Shown: positions 1 to 13,900 of the stretch, piece after piece
Layout of the letters: every line of letters starts with the position of its first letter
How positions within the stretch are numbered: position 1 is the first letter of the stretch
NCBI GenBank assembly: GCA_950097015.1
Contig: CATNEN010000031.1
Coordinates: 2,418,001-2,482,000, forward strand
Source: Macrostomum hystrix
Taxonomy: Eukaryota > Animalia > Platyhelminthes
Length of the DNA stretch: 64,000 nucleotides
Direction of reading: 5' to 3'
Translations under genes and position numbers: made by a program
The notes under the pieces: generated by a model
The model's input: the letters and a program-made list of their open reading frames with translations, nothing else
Told to the model about the DNA's origin: nothing
Databases searched by the model: none

Positions 1-428
1 CTAGTTCACCCACAGCCTCATCTTCTTAACCTGCTAGTTCACCCACAGCCTCATCTTCTTAACCTGCTAGTTCACCCACAGCCTCATCTTCTTAACCTGC
101 TAGTTCACCCACAGCCTCATCTTCTTAACCTGCTAGTTCACCCACAGCCTCATCTTCTTAACCTGCTAGTTCACCCACAGCCTCATCTTCTTAACCTGCT
201 AGTTCACCCACAACCTCATCTTCTTAACCTGCTAGTTCACCCACAGCCTCATCTTCTTAACCTGCTAGTTCACCCACAGCCTCATCTTCTTAACCTGCTA
301 GTTCACCCACAGCCTCATCTTCTTAACCTGCTAGTTCACCCACAGCCTCATCTTCTTAACCTGCTAGTTCACCCACAGCCTCATCTTCTTAACCTGCTAG
401 TTCACCCACAGCCTCATCTTCTTAACCA
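1..428. repeat. 33-bp minisatellite (CTAGTTCACCCACAGCCTCATCTTCTTAACCTG)n, about 13 copies, truncated by the window start
   Basis: Near-identical unit recurs every 33 bp. Confidence 0.97.
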
Positions 429-900
429 GCTGGTGCACGTACAACCTCTTATATTGTTATGAAAATTGACTGTTTCTAATAATTTGCAGCTTGTATAACT
501 CGTATATACCTTGACAAGAACATCAGCTCTTGTACTTTTAATATGTTTTGATTGGCTATTCTAGAATTACTGTTTTATCTCCCCTTACGAGAGATATAAT
601 AATATTATAATACAGATAATACTTTGACTTGAATAATCTCAAACTGATGCCGGCATCTATAAGCACACACATTCCCACTGTCTGTTAGATTTTCGTTAAT
701 GCCAATATCATTTTTGTTTTGTTTTTCTTAATTGAGTGTTGTCCTGTAGAAGTTGCTTTTCGTTGACATTTATTTAATGAAAAGTTGCCAGGTTTTTTCG
801 TAGCCAACGAGTCTGTGTCACAATTGATAGAAGTGTAATACTATAATCTACACTTGAGTCTACACATTAATACTTAGAAATGTATGTGTATACGTGTATG

Positions 901-1204
901 TGTATATGAGAGAAGGAATGAGAGCGCGATCTCCGGCTGGAAGGCGGCAATCAAGCAGAAGTATGCCATTCATCCTCATCGGTTGCACTGGATAAGAATG
1001 TAATGGTGTAATGGTCATAACTATGTTATTCAGCGAATCGGCACAGCTTGTCAAACCTAAATTGCACGAGAGTTCTTCTGGCGCGGGCCTCTGCGGTCAG
1101 GTTGATGAAACTATCCGCATTGGCAGCGACCTCCTGCTTCATTGCCGCCTTCCAGCCGGAGATCGCGCTCTCAATCGCGCTCTCATTCCTTCTCTCATAT
1201 ATAC
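901..1204. mobile_element. MITE-like foldback element with about 60-70 bp inverted arms
   Basis: 901-958 (TGTATATGAGAGAAGGAATGAGAGCGCGATCTCCGGCTGGAAGGCGGCAATCAAGCAG) is the reverse complement of about 1134-1204, apart from one mismatch, a short internal duplication and an extra TA in the right arm; both ends lie in TA-rich sequence, so the TSD is ambiguous. Confidence 0.6.
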
Positions 1205-1357
1205 AACTTCATTGCAGAAATGACAAATTTGAGTGCAAAAAGGTGTATTAGCTTGTACAATGAGCAATGAAATTATTCAGCTTGTATCGCTATTACTTAA
1301 CTTCGTCTGTCAATACAGTCGATTGAATAGTTATAGCCAACGTACTGACTATTGAAT

Positions 1358-3640
1358 TGGGGCAATAAAAGCAAATGCACTCTGATGGATTGGGGTAATA
1401 ACAGCAAATGCACTGCTGATGGATTGGGAGTAATAACAGCAAATGCACTGCTGATGGGTTGGTCTAATAACAGCAAATGCACTGCTGATGGATTGGGATT
1501 AATAACAGCAAATGCACTGCTGATGGATTGGGGTAATAACAGCAAATGCACTGCTGATGGATTGGGATTAATAACAGCAAATGCACTGCTGATGGATTGG
1601 GGTAATAACAGCAAATGCACTGCTGATGGATTGGGGTAATAACAGCAAATGCACTGCTGATGGATTGGGAGTAATAACAGCAAATGCACTGCTGATGGAT
1701 TGGGATTAATAACAGCAAATACACTGCTGATGGATTGGGGTAATAACAGCAAATGCACTGCTGATGGATTGGGAGTAATAACAGCAAATGCACTGCTGAT
1801 GGATTGGGGTAATAACAGCAAATGCACTGCTGATGGATTGGGAGTAATAACAGCAAATGCACTGCTGATGGGTTGGTGTAAAAACAGCAAATGCACTGCT
1901 AATGGATTGGTGTAATAACAGCAAATGCACTGCTGATGGGTTGGTCTAATAACAGCAAATGCACTGCTGATGGGTTGGTGTAATAACAGCAAATGCACTG
2001 CTGATGGGTTGGTCTAATAACAGCGAATGCACTGCTGATGGATTGGGAGTAATAACAGCAAATGCACTGCTGATGGATTGGGAGTAATAACAGCAAATGC
2101 ACTGCTGATGGATTGGTCTAATAACAGCGAATGCACTGCTGATGGGTTGGTGTAATAACAGCAAATGCACTGCTGATGGGTTGGTCTAATAACAGCAAAT
2201 GCACTGCTGATGGGTTGGTGTAATAACAGCAAATGCACTGCTGATGGGTTGGTCTAATAACAGCGAATGCACTGCTGATGGATTGGGAGTAATAACAGCA
2301 AATGCACTGCTGATGGATTGGGAGTAATAACAGCAAATGCACTGCTGATGGATTGGTCTAATAACAGCGAATGCACTGCTGATGGGTTGGTGTAATAACA
2401 GCAAATGCACTGCTGATGGGTTGGTCTAATAACAGCAAATGCACTGCTGATGGGTTGGTGTAATAACAGCAAATGCACTGCTGATGGGTTGGTCTAATAA
2501 CAGCGAATGCACTGCTGATGGATTGGGAGTAATAACAGCAAATGCACTGCTGATGGATTGGGAGTAATAACAGCAAATGCACTGCTGATGGGTTGGTGTA
2601 ATAACAGCAAATGCACTGCTGATGGATTGGTGTAATAACAGCAAATGCACTGCTGATGGGTTGGTGTAATAACAGCAAATGCACTGCTGATGGGTTGGTG
2701 TAATAACAGCAAATGCACTGCTGATGGGTTGGTCTAATAACAGCAAATGCACTGCTGATGGGTTGGTGTAATAACAGCAAATGCACTGCTGATGGGTTGG
2801 TGTAATAACAGCAAATGCACTGCTGATGGGTTGGTCTAATAACAGCAAATGCACTGCTGATGGGTTGGGAGTAATAACAGCAAATGCACTGCTGATGGAT
2901 TGGTGAAATAACAGCAAATGCACTGCTGATGGGTTGGTGTAATAACAGCAAATGCACTGCTGATGGGTTGGTGTAATAACAGCAAATGCACTGCTGATGG
3001 GTTGGTCTAATAACAGCAAATGCACTGCTGATGGGTTGGTGTAATAACAGCAAATGCACTGCTGATGGGTTGGTCTAATAACAGCGAATGCACTGCTGAT
3101 GGATTGGGAGTAATAACAGCAAATGCACTGCTGATGGATTGGGAGTAATAACAGCAAATGCACTGCTGATGGGTTGGTGTAATAACAGCAAATGCACTGC
3201 TGATGGATTGGTGTAATAACAGCAAATGCACTGCTGATGGGTTGGTGTAATAACAGCAAATGCACTGCTGATGGGTTGGTGTAATAACAGCAAATGCACT
3301 GCTGATGGATTGGTGTAATAACAGCAAATGCACTGCTGATGGGTTGGTGTAATAACAGCAAATGCACTGCTGATGGGTTGGTGTAATAACAGCAAATGCA
3401 CTGCTGATGGGTTGTTGTAATAACAGCAAATGCACTGCTGATGGGTTGGTGTAATAACAGCAAATGCACTGCTGATGGGTTGGTGTAATAACAGCAAATG
3501 CACTGCTGATGGGTTGGTGTAATAACAGCAAATGCACTGCTGATGGGTTGTTGTAATAACAGCAAATGCACTGCTGATGGATTGGGGTAATAACAGCAAA
3601 TGCACTGCTGATGGATTGGGAGTAATAACAGCAAATGCAT
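1358..3640. repeat. 34/35-bp minisatellite (AATAACAGCAAATGCACTGCTGATGGGTTGGTGT)n with a local 240-bp higher-order repeat
   Basis: Direct tandem periodicity; lines at 1981/2221/2461 and at 2041/2281/2521 are identical (7-monomer, 240-bp HOR). Confidence 0.97.
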
Positions 3641-4910
3641 GAGACCATGTTACAAAAAATTCTATACAGTCTAACAAAAGTTATTGTACGGTTGCTTCTG
3701 TTACCTCTAGTATCCATAATTTCCATCCGTGGTGAAAATAACAAGCGGTGAAAGTAAAACAATAACTATTGCTTAGTTTTTCTCCTCTCTTGGCCATAGA
3801 GAAATAAATAGACCAATGAAGCTGTCAACTTACATAGAATTGTAGATTTACGCACTAGGAAGCCTAGCATAAGTGCATTGATTTATGACCAAGTGTGTGT
3901 GCGCAAGACCAGCTCCTTCGGCCCATAGACAATACCCGTCTGGGATTTACTGCATAGTATCTCAGAAGAGGGATGGCACGGAGATCAAGTGGGGCAAGAT
4001 TTACCGCACAGTTGCGGAATTTACTGCACACTTCAATCTGTTTCTTTGATGGCCTTTGGGCCATAAACTATACACGAGCTTGAGACGTTTACGCACACTT
4101 GGTTATATGTCAATGCATTGAATGGCCATATTAAGTAAAGCACAGATTATATATATCCGAGGTCTTTTGCCATAGATACCAAAAGGACACTACCCTTTCA
4201 TGGGCACAGCTGTCCAAGGTTACACTTTAATACACTACTTGAAATTCTTTAAGCCGATTAGGAGCACGTGTGTAACTTGCTAAGGCTCCTGCTATTTCAA
4301 ATACTTCACAAATTTGGATTCTTCCCTTTCGCTCACATTTTTGACTTGTCACGATCACTTTTTAACTCATCAATAGCATCGTTGAATTTCAGCACGTATG
4401 CAAGATGTATGCGAAAATGTATTGACAAAAATAATTGCGAACTTCGATTATAAATCGATTGACTTTATCATCTGTAACAGGGAAAGCCTAGGCTTCTTAT
4501 AAAAAAGCTTACCTTCTTTCGGCGTAATTCGCGATGAATTCAAATAAAACAATCAAGTTTTTTTATATAAAAAGCAGTGAATGTAAGCATGCCTACTGTA
4601 AGTAGAATATTTTGCGTGTCTGTAAAATTCATGCTACCCCCCAAAAGTGGTATGGACTTATCGATCGGGGGGTATGTGATCGGTTGGTCAATGCGCACTC
4701 GCTATTGAAATTAGCTCTTAGCCAACCCCCTTCCCTGTGCAGTCTATTTCATACCCACAGCACAAGCATTGCTTGAGTTAGATTTACACACTAGGCCCTA
4801 GGCTCCTAGCCTAACGTTCGCAGTTCAAGGGACTTAGCAGCAATTTTCATTCAGAGTTTTCATTGCTGCTATTATAGCATGATATGCTATCGAACACTTG
4901 ACTCGATGTA

Positions 4911-7900
4911 ATGAAAGAAGAGACGTGCTACTTGTGGATTAGCCAGTTGCCGCCTAATGTTACTCAGCAATCTTTGACGGATCTGTTTTCAAGGTAAACA
5001 ACGCTTTTTACTTAGTTTTCCTCAGACCTCAGAAAGTTTTTTAAAACAATATAGTCAAGCTTAAAATAATTAAAGTAATTATCAGAAGCTTGTCTTGCCT
5101 AGTCAACGACTGATGACTAAGCCATGACAAATAACATGTCCCACGTATATATTTTTATACTGCGCACCTTGCAGCATTATTTCGACACTTGATTCTGGAG
5201 CTTTAAAAAAGTTAGAATTCGAGCTGACAAAGAATCTCTTAATAGTGTTAACAGCGGCATCCGGTTATAACACTGTTGAGTTTTAAAATGATTCGAATAG
5301 CATACCCACTTCAGTACCACATTCAATTTCCCTCGATGCTATCGACGTGGCACTTGACTTCTCCCCTTCCTAGTCACTATGGCGGTCGGCTCGGTGGGAG
5401 GCATTGTTTCTTTCTCTTACAACTGTAAAGTAGAACTTAGTCCTACTTAATGTTGGTAAACAATATTCGTCTTACTCTTAGATCTTTACTATGACATTAC
5501 ATTTTGTTTTCACCGACTTGCTTTAGCATTTCCGTAACCAAATCAACATTGAGTAGGCGGCAGGCCTATCCTAATCCTACCATAACTTACAATCAAGCGT
5601 GTCGAAGATAGTGTCTATGGCTATTTTCGTATTCCTTAACATCAGGCATCGAATGAGATTCCTTGGCTTTAGGCTTATCTCAGTAGGAAAGTTATCAAAT
5701 CAGTTTTCAGAATTCTTCAGGGCAAGAAAAGGAAGAGCAACTTTGTATTCGTGTAGAGCTTAGTAACGCTATTCATATCACTACTTTAGTTATTTATAAT
5801 CATCACTCATTCGATTTTTTCGTTCCTGATCCTGATTAACACATTATTACTATCTATCTCTAGAGTGGCATCAAATTTGTTTGTTTGATTGATCTTTTTT
5901 CGGTAGGCCTAGCGGCTTTTTGAAAACAAATTGACTTGTTCAGTGCAATTTTGTTTGTTCTGAACGTATAACAATTTGTTCTTCCTTTGTTTCAGCTTTC
6001 ACTCAGAAACTTGTCTTGTCTGCGACTGATGACTAAGCCATGACAAATTGAAAGTCCATTCTCTTTCTTGTGACTTTGTTATTCGGTTTGCGTTTTGTGT
6101 AGTGAATTTAGAGATAGCATCGGTTAAAAAGCATGCTACACTAACATTGTAGCTACGGCTGCGTCTTGGCTACTAAGATACACGAGGCTGGCAATTTGCG
6201 AGGCGCAGTGCTGTCATTCCCTGACGCAAAAGCGGCTGCCAAAGCCTGCGCGGCTAGGCATCATTTGAACGGTCACTCGTTGATTTCCGAACACTGTGAT
6301 CAGTTTGGAGAACCTGGGCTACAACGGTTGAAAGATTTAGCTGGCAGCGAGTTTTCTCAAAAGTAAGCGCATTGCATCCATACCAAATTATGAATGTATA
6401 TATTATTTTGTTACTTTCACATTCCTCTTCTTTATTTACATAAACCTCTTTATCCCATGCAGAAATTCGATAGAGAATGGATCGACAAGCGTCAATAACA
6501 ACAACAGCCCCCCGATCAGGTAAATGCCAAATAACATTAGGTATAACTTTCTATGAGAACTAATAGCAGGCAACCTTGTGTTTGAGTCACTAATACTGCC
6601 CGCGCTAGCTATGGTCGGGGCAGTTCATATTGTGCGCTTGTTGTTTGTTAATCGCTTTGCTAATGCTGTCCAAGCGTGCGTCTGCCAGCACTCGGCTATT
6701 CAGTATTCATTCATTCACCACTTCAATTCTTTTTTTCGTTCTTCTGCAGCGCCGCTAGCTAGCGACTGACTGAGCCAGAAACACTTGCAGTGGCACGATT
6801 TGCTCTTGCCCCGCTGCGGCAATTTAGCCCCAACCCCCCAACCTTAGCCCTTTGGCCCTAAAGCCCTCCTCTCCCTTTCCCCTGCGTGAGCCGTGTGAGC
6901 TGGCTGCTAGCAGCGGAGCTTGGCTATCTTGGAGCTTACTCACTCTCCCCTTGTCTTGCTAGCTAGCCCCTCTCCTTTCTTTCTCTCCCATCTCGCCACA
7001 GCTCTTAACCGTGCGTACATTGAAACCCTGGCGGAGCGGGGGTTGTGCATATAGACCCGAGCGCTAGTAATGAACGCGCCCGGCGAGGAGAGAAAGAGAG
7101 CCGAGGTTTTAGTGTTAGCGCAGGCTTGAATTGGGCGGGTTATGCCCAGGCTTTACTGTGTAGTGTGGAGGTTGGGGAGCTGGGTAAGAGAGAAAAGCGG
7201 AAGGGCTTGGCTTCATACAAGGAACGGATAGCAGAAGTGGTGACCTGAAATCATTCTTGCCTATTACCCAGCCCAGGCCCAGCCCAATGCAGCTCTCTCT
7301 CTCCTCTGTACGGGAAAGCCTTTCGTTTGCCTAGTCAGCAAAAGCTTGTGCTTCTTCCTTGTGCAAGTCTCGTCTCGACCCTGAAGGTACACTTACACAG
7401 TCGCTTGCGTATCGCTGCACTGCTTTGCTTACTAAGCACACAAGGCAACCCCCTACTGGATCGATTCCGGCATAGGCATTCGCGATGTGGCTCGACGGAT
7501 CTTATTTCATCTTGCATAACTGATTAGCCGCTTTAGATTGTCCCATACACACATGGGCATATACTTTTATTTGAAGAGAAGAACATGATTTAAGGCTCAG
7601 CCTTTTTGAAGTCACTAGCGCACCCTTTGGAGATTAGTTGGCACCTGTATTAATCTTCAATTAACTAGTCTTCTGCCTAGTATTGCAGTTTTTCTGTTGA
7701 TAAAGATTGCTGTAGCAATTCAATGTAAATGTACTGATATGCTCCCAATCCGAATCGCTAAGTCCCCTTGTAATTTTTTGTCTGTAGCTATGTAGCAGCT
7801 TTGGTGTGCGTGAGCAATGGGGCCGATCTGGTTCCTCTGCACGTAGGGGGAATTTAGGGTTGAGAGTAAAAATATTGATTTTCACCATGGACTGTCCTCT

Positions 7901-10900
7901 TCCCATTTCGCTGTGCTCCAGCGACGGGTTGAGAGTGCGCCTGGCGTGTGTTCAGTGACGAGGAAGCTGGGGAGGAAAGGGGCTGGCGCTTTTCTGGAGG
8001 GGAGAGGCGCGGGGGAGTGAGCCAGGGACAAGAGACGAAGGGGAGTCGGAGAGCGGAGACTGCTTTCTGGCATAGGCATAGCCAGTTATCTACAGGCTTG
8101 GCTGGAGACTGTATGGGACAGGCAAATCGGAGGCAGGGTTTTCTACTCTGCTTTTTCTTCCCACAGGACTCAAGCGGGCAAGCTGGAAGGCAACGGCAAA
8201 CTGAAAGTGCTTAAAGTCTGGAATTTTCCTGATCGGTCTTCTGGTAAGTGAAATGCCTTTCTGGCTTTAAACGAAAAAAAATATTGTTTTTTTGCTTTAG
8301 ATCAACGTCAATTTGATATTGTCTGCTCGATTTTACGAAATCGGAGTTGTTTAATAAAAACGAAGGAAGGCCTTAACTAAAGATAACACTTTGCATAGAC
8401 GAAAATTCTGTCGAAACAAAGCTAAGCGATAAAAGTAAAAATAGCGGCTTTGGAGGGATCAAATTATTGCTTTTATGCTTTGTTGTTTTAGGACTTAGGA
8501 GTTATGGAAGTAAACTTTTACGAGTATATCTGTAAGAGATTTTCAGATTACCAAAAGTGAGCAGTCAAAAATAATTCGTTATTCTTACCTTGGATTTAGG
8601 ACACCTCAAAAGAGTCAAAGTGCTCTTTGTACCCCTAATGATGTTCAGTTTGTTTGTAGTTTGTTTGTTTGACAAACAAAAAAACGCAATTTAAAATTAC
8701 TGTCCCGACTCTAGTGCTTTTTATTCAGGCTTAAATTTATAATCGTTAGCATTTAAAGTGAATTTCATCGCAACCTTTGTCACATGTAAGTTAAGGGTTT
8801 TAATGTACATTTCTGAACCACTATAAATGAAATATTTGCAACAACCAAATATCTTGCTAAATAAATATTCAATCTCTGAATTATTTATTTTCGTCCCTGC
8901 AGACAATAGCATACAAAACGGCCTGTTGCACGAGTACAGAAAGGTTGGCAAAGTGTCCAGTGTTCACGTGCGCGGAGAGCGAGACGATAGACATGCTCTG
9001 ATTATCTTCAAGCGAGCCGAAGACGCCGAGTCTGCGTACGAGCTGACAAAAAGCGGCAAGAGCTTCTTTGGCATGACGCTTAACGTTGAACGATTAGAAG
9101 CAGCCGAACAAGACGCTGAGCAAGTTTTTGATGAGTTTCACGCGCGAGCCTCAAGGACTTTGCTTGTGACTAACATTGACGCCAGCGTCCGAGAAGCCGA
9201 CCTGCGCGACAAACTTGCCGCCTACGGAACTATTTTGGTGAGGATAGAAAGACCACATTCAATAGTATTTGGCGATGCCCTAGTGATGGGACAAATGTTT
9301 GCGATGACCTAATGATGGGACAGAGGTAAGCGATGACCTAATGATGGGACAGAGGTAAGCGATGACCCAATGATGGGACAGATGTTAGCGATGACCTAAT
9401 GATGGGACAGATGTTAGCGATGACCTAATGATGGGACAGATGTTAGCGATGACCTAATGATGGGACAGATGTTAGCGATGACCTAATGATGGGACAGATG
9501 TTAGCGATGAACCACTGATGGTACACTGACGCAGATCAATCAATAAATTATCCCCTTGTTTTTGCTTTTTATCCCCCTTCAAGCTTAGTCGAAATTAAAG
9601 AAATTAATTTTTAGAATCATCATCCCTTGTTACGACTGAACTTTTTGTCAATCTAGGACGTGGAGCTAAAGCCCTCTTCTGACGGTCCAGCTCAGGCGAT
9701 TGTTCAGTTCTCAGACGTTCGAGGCGCCGCTGCAGCCCACCGACATCCCGACGGCGTCATCGTCTGCGGTCAGCGTATCCGGCTCAGCTATCACCGCTCC
9801 CAGCCAACGGAATGCGTGTGGTTAGCCAACCTGGCTGCCTCGGTGACCGAGTCGCTGCTTGGCAAAACATTCGCACGCTACGGCCGACTCAGGGACGTCT
9901 GCGTTAATTCGCACCGCCACTGCGCCTTAGTCTTCTTTAACGAAGTCGATGGGGCACGACGCGCTGTCGAAGCTATGAAATGCGGCAGCCTGGCTGGTCA
10001 ACGGCTCCTAGTTGACTTTGCTAGCCAGCCGTGTCAGAAGCATTTCGTTGACGAGTTAGTCACCTCCGGCCAGTGCAACGACTACAAGTAAGTGATTGGG
10101 AAATCAGGAATTAGTAGTGATGTTTTTTAATGTAGCTAATTAGTTTTTATTATCTTTATATTGTCAGCCAATGATTCAGAGTGATTCAGTTACTACGAAG
10201 ACTCACTATTTGCATGCAAATATTCTCTGCAGGCTGTTTGATCAGCTTCTGGCGCCGGAGCTGCATCGCGGCATCATTCCCAGTCCGAAGGCGGCCGCCC
10301 GCTATCGCGAACTAATGCTGGAATATGTCAAGACTAGAGGATTGCGCAAGTTTCGCGAATGCCGGTGAGTTTTAAGTTAAAAACTCTTTTAGATCAGAAA
10401 AAATAGTACGCTAGCAATGAATAACTTATTTGCTGCTGGTTTTTTGTGTCAAACAGACCGGACGATGCGCGCCAAGGTCCCGAATCTATCCCTAACGATC
10501 CCATCGAGTTGCGAGCCTACATCGAATCCCTACGTCGACCTGGCGTTGTCCGAAGAAAATCTGGTCACAGTTCAGACGGCGAAGTTTCGGCCAATGACGA
10601 GCAGGACCGCGAACAGCGACTTTTGACTCGCCTGTCCGGCCTTGAAGATGTGCGCAGCGAGTACAGTGATGCGGACACTAGCGGGTGAGTTCGTATTTGT
10701 TTGTATCGTGACTAGCTCATAAAGTTACTTGATTGTCTAACTAAATGCGTTTCTTTATCGCAAATCAATATCAAATACTAAATTCCTATATCAAAACAGA
10801 TCAACAGCCGAGCATTCCGGCACAGTGTCGGACAATGACCGGCTAGCCGTTCCAAAAAAGTCCCAGTCGCCGGCACTGGCATCCCGCTCGCCTGCTTCAA

Positions 10901-13900
10901 CTCGACGCGGTCTAGTTTTGCGGGCTCTGGCTGCCGGATCGTCAATGTCAGAGCAGGACAGCCGCTTCCTGGAGCGGGCCGTGTCCGCTTACGAGGCTGC
11001 CTTTAACACTAGGAGTAGTTCAGCGGCGCAGCCACTTGGTGGCCTGTTCGACTGTCCATCTCCTGCTGGCAACTGCGCAGGGGCGGCTCCGACATCAACA
11101 ATAGTCGAAGAGGAGGTGCGCAGCAGCTCCACAATGCCTACGCCACCAGAGACTCCCGTGTCACCGACACCGCCTCTGGCCTCCATTAGCCGAACCACTG
11201 CTGCTGTTGTTAAGCGGCGGCATCAGTCAGATTCGGAAGATGACACCGCCAATTCGTACGTTGGCGGCAAATCGGGAAGGCGCCACATCATCGGAGGATC
11301 AATCATTAAGCGTGAAGTGGAAGAGAATCACCCTGATTTGTCCGTGTTCGACGCGGCCGCCTGGGAACAGCCCTACGAGTCCATGTACGACAAGATCAAG
11401 CGCCGACAGGCATCCAGAACCGCCTCAGCATCGGACGGCGTCCGACTAGGCCGCTCCATCGACAACAGGCGACCGGACGATAATAAGAGAAAACGGCCGA
11501 GGCCGCGCCCCTCTGCCAGTAGACAGCAAAGTGTCGCCGGTACTTTGGCAAGCGACACAGACGATGAGCCGATGACCGAGGAAGCTGACGTCTCACCAAC
11601 GCAAGCGCCCCAGAGAACAAAGAAGCAGCACCAGCAGAGCGGTGTCAGTTCCTCGAGATTCCGCAATCGAAAGTCTACGACCACTAACAGTGAAATTGGC
11701 AGCGGTGCCGGCGGCGGCGATAAGCGTCGCCGCGACTCCTCGATTGCCGCGAAGGCGCCAGCTTCTAAGCGACGGCACCGATCTTCAAAATCTGGCAAGT
11801 CCAATCGTGGCAAAATGTCCGTGGACAGCGTGTTCGGCAGCTCCTCTGACTCTGAGGAAATCGCGGCGCCTTCCACTCCCAGCACTATAGCGATGACAGA
11901 TTCTAGCCGCGCCGAGTCGGTTGTAGATCCCGGTAGTCCGCCACCAGGTGGCCGGCGCCTTACTGAGCTATTCGCCGAGGCCAAAGCCCAGCTTGATCCG
12001 CATGCTGTGACTGAGAAGTCGCTGTTTGTCTTCTCCGACGACGAGACGTTCGAACCGGCGCCGGACCTGCCTACCATCGAGCGTTTCCAGCCGGACGCAA
12101 CCGCTCCTAGCCCAGATCGAGGCGAAGACGTTGAGCCGCCCAAGTTAGCAGCCGCGCATGCTGATCTAGAAACTACGGTGGCGCACGCCTTAGCCCAGAT
12201 GAGTCAACGGCCGGCAGCAATTACATTGCAGCCGCAGTTTCGGGTACCGGAACTTACACTGCGTCCATTGATTCCAGCTCCTCCGCCTCCGCCTTTGCCT
12301 CCGGCGCCGCAGTCGCAGCCGCAGTCACAAGCGCCGCGCTCCACCGCTGCCGAGCCATCCCTGATGCTGCATACAGTGGGACCACAAGCCCAACCGACCA
12401 GACCGCCAATGCAGCCAGCGGCACAACAGGATTTGGAACAGTTTGTACAGGATGTCATCCGCAAAGTCCAGGCGGCTCCTCCCAATCAGCCCGCCTGCTG
12501 GGACCCGCGCCAGCAACCGACCAGCGATGCTCCAACAATCAGTGCGGCACCCACTAGCTCCGCTGCCTGCATCAGTGTCAGCACAGACGCGACGCCGACC
12601 CAGCCTACAATAAGCCTGACTGGCGGCTTGGCGCAGCGTCCAATCAAGAAGTCGCAGCCCGCTATGGAGGCTTTAACACTTCAACACATGGATGACGTCA
12701 TCCGAGACGTTGTCGAGGGCAACATAGACCTCTCGCCCTACATGGAGCGCGGCCGACTTCGCTACGCGTCCGGTGATAGGCTTGCTACAACACCTGTGCC
12801 GTCAGCGGCTACTCCAGTGCGTCCACCGTCTGGCGCTCAACCGACCCTGCCATTGCAGCCAGCTCCCGTAGTCCATCCTTCGCTGTCTGTTCCTGTGACT
12901 ACAGCCACTGGGACTGAACTACGCCTGCAGCAGTTCTCCATCTGCCCTGTTAGCACCAGCGCAGTCACTGACACCTCTGCTGCACCACTGCCGCAGTCAG
13001 TAGCTCAGTTGATGCCGCCGCAATCCCTCGCAGTTACTGCGCTGCCTACCAACTCCGCAGCTGTCGAGTCCGCCAACAATGCCACTTATGCGCAGCGGAT
13101 GCAGCATCACCAGCAACAGCAGCAGCAACAAACTCAGCAGCAGCAGGTCCAACTTCAGGCTCTCTATATGCAGCTACTTGCAAGCGGGCGCTATCCTCAG
13201 GACCTGCTTTATAGTCCCTATGTGTCTCAGCTGCAGCTCTTCCAGCCCACACCTGCAACAGCGCCTGCGCCTGCTCCTCCTCCGCCACCACCACCTCCGC
13301 CCCAGCCTGTCAGTCAGGCGCAACAGCAGCTTCCTCCGCAGCCACCTTCGCAACCGCTTCCACCACCACCTCCGCCACCGCCACCACCACCGCAGCAATT
13401 GCCACCACAGCCGCAACTAACTCAGCAACAACAGCAGCAGCAACTGCCCCTTCAGCAGTCGCAGCCTCCGGCACAATCCGGGCAGCTGGACGCTTTGCTG
13501 CGCAAATATCCAGTTAAGTGGCAGGGACGCTTGGCGTTAAAGAACGACGAAGCCGGCGTTCAGATGCACTTCGTTCGTGGCAGCGACACACTGGCCAAGG
13601 CGGCTTTGGAGTTAGCTGCACCTGACGCGGCACGGTTGCTGAAGGTGGCACAGCGAATGCGCCTGGAGCCGGCCCAGCTGGAGGGCGTCCAGCGCAAGAT
13701 GTTCGACGAAGCCGAGTATTGCGTCCTGCTGGCCGTTGCCTGCGGGGTCAACGCTCAAGACTACAGGAGCCAAACACACAACCTTCGCGAGGCCTTCATC
13801 AAGTATCTGCAGGAGAAGCAGGCTGCTGGCATTGTGAATGTCAACTATCCTGGCCAGGACATGCCAGCTTACGTTGTTCACATCTTTCCTCCTGGTCAAT

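Noticed and set aside
1358-3640. CRISPR-like regular repeats
   Set aside because: No unique spacers, eukaryotic context and no cas genes; the same applies to all arrays in the window
1297-3762. Many long ORFs in the 34-bp array
   Set aside because: Artefacts of tandem periodicity; frames shift with unit length
3884-4048. 54-aa plus-strand ORF with YPSGIYCI, faintly like the apextrin C-terminal motif
   Set aside because: Single short motif, no splice support and no further homology
5107-5132. CTGATGA as a hammerhead ribozyme core or snoRNA box C
   Set aside because: No stem II/GAAA for a hammerhead; the second copy has no box D before the exon
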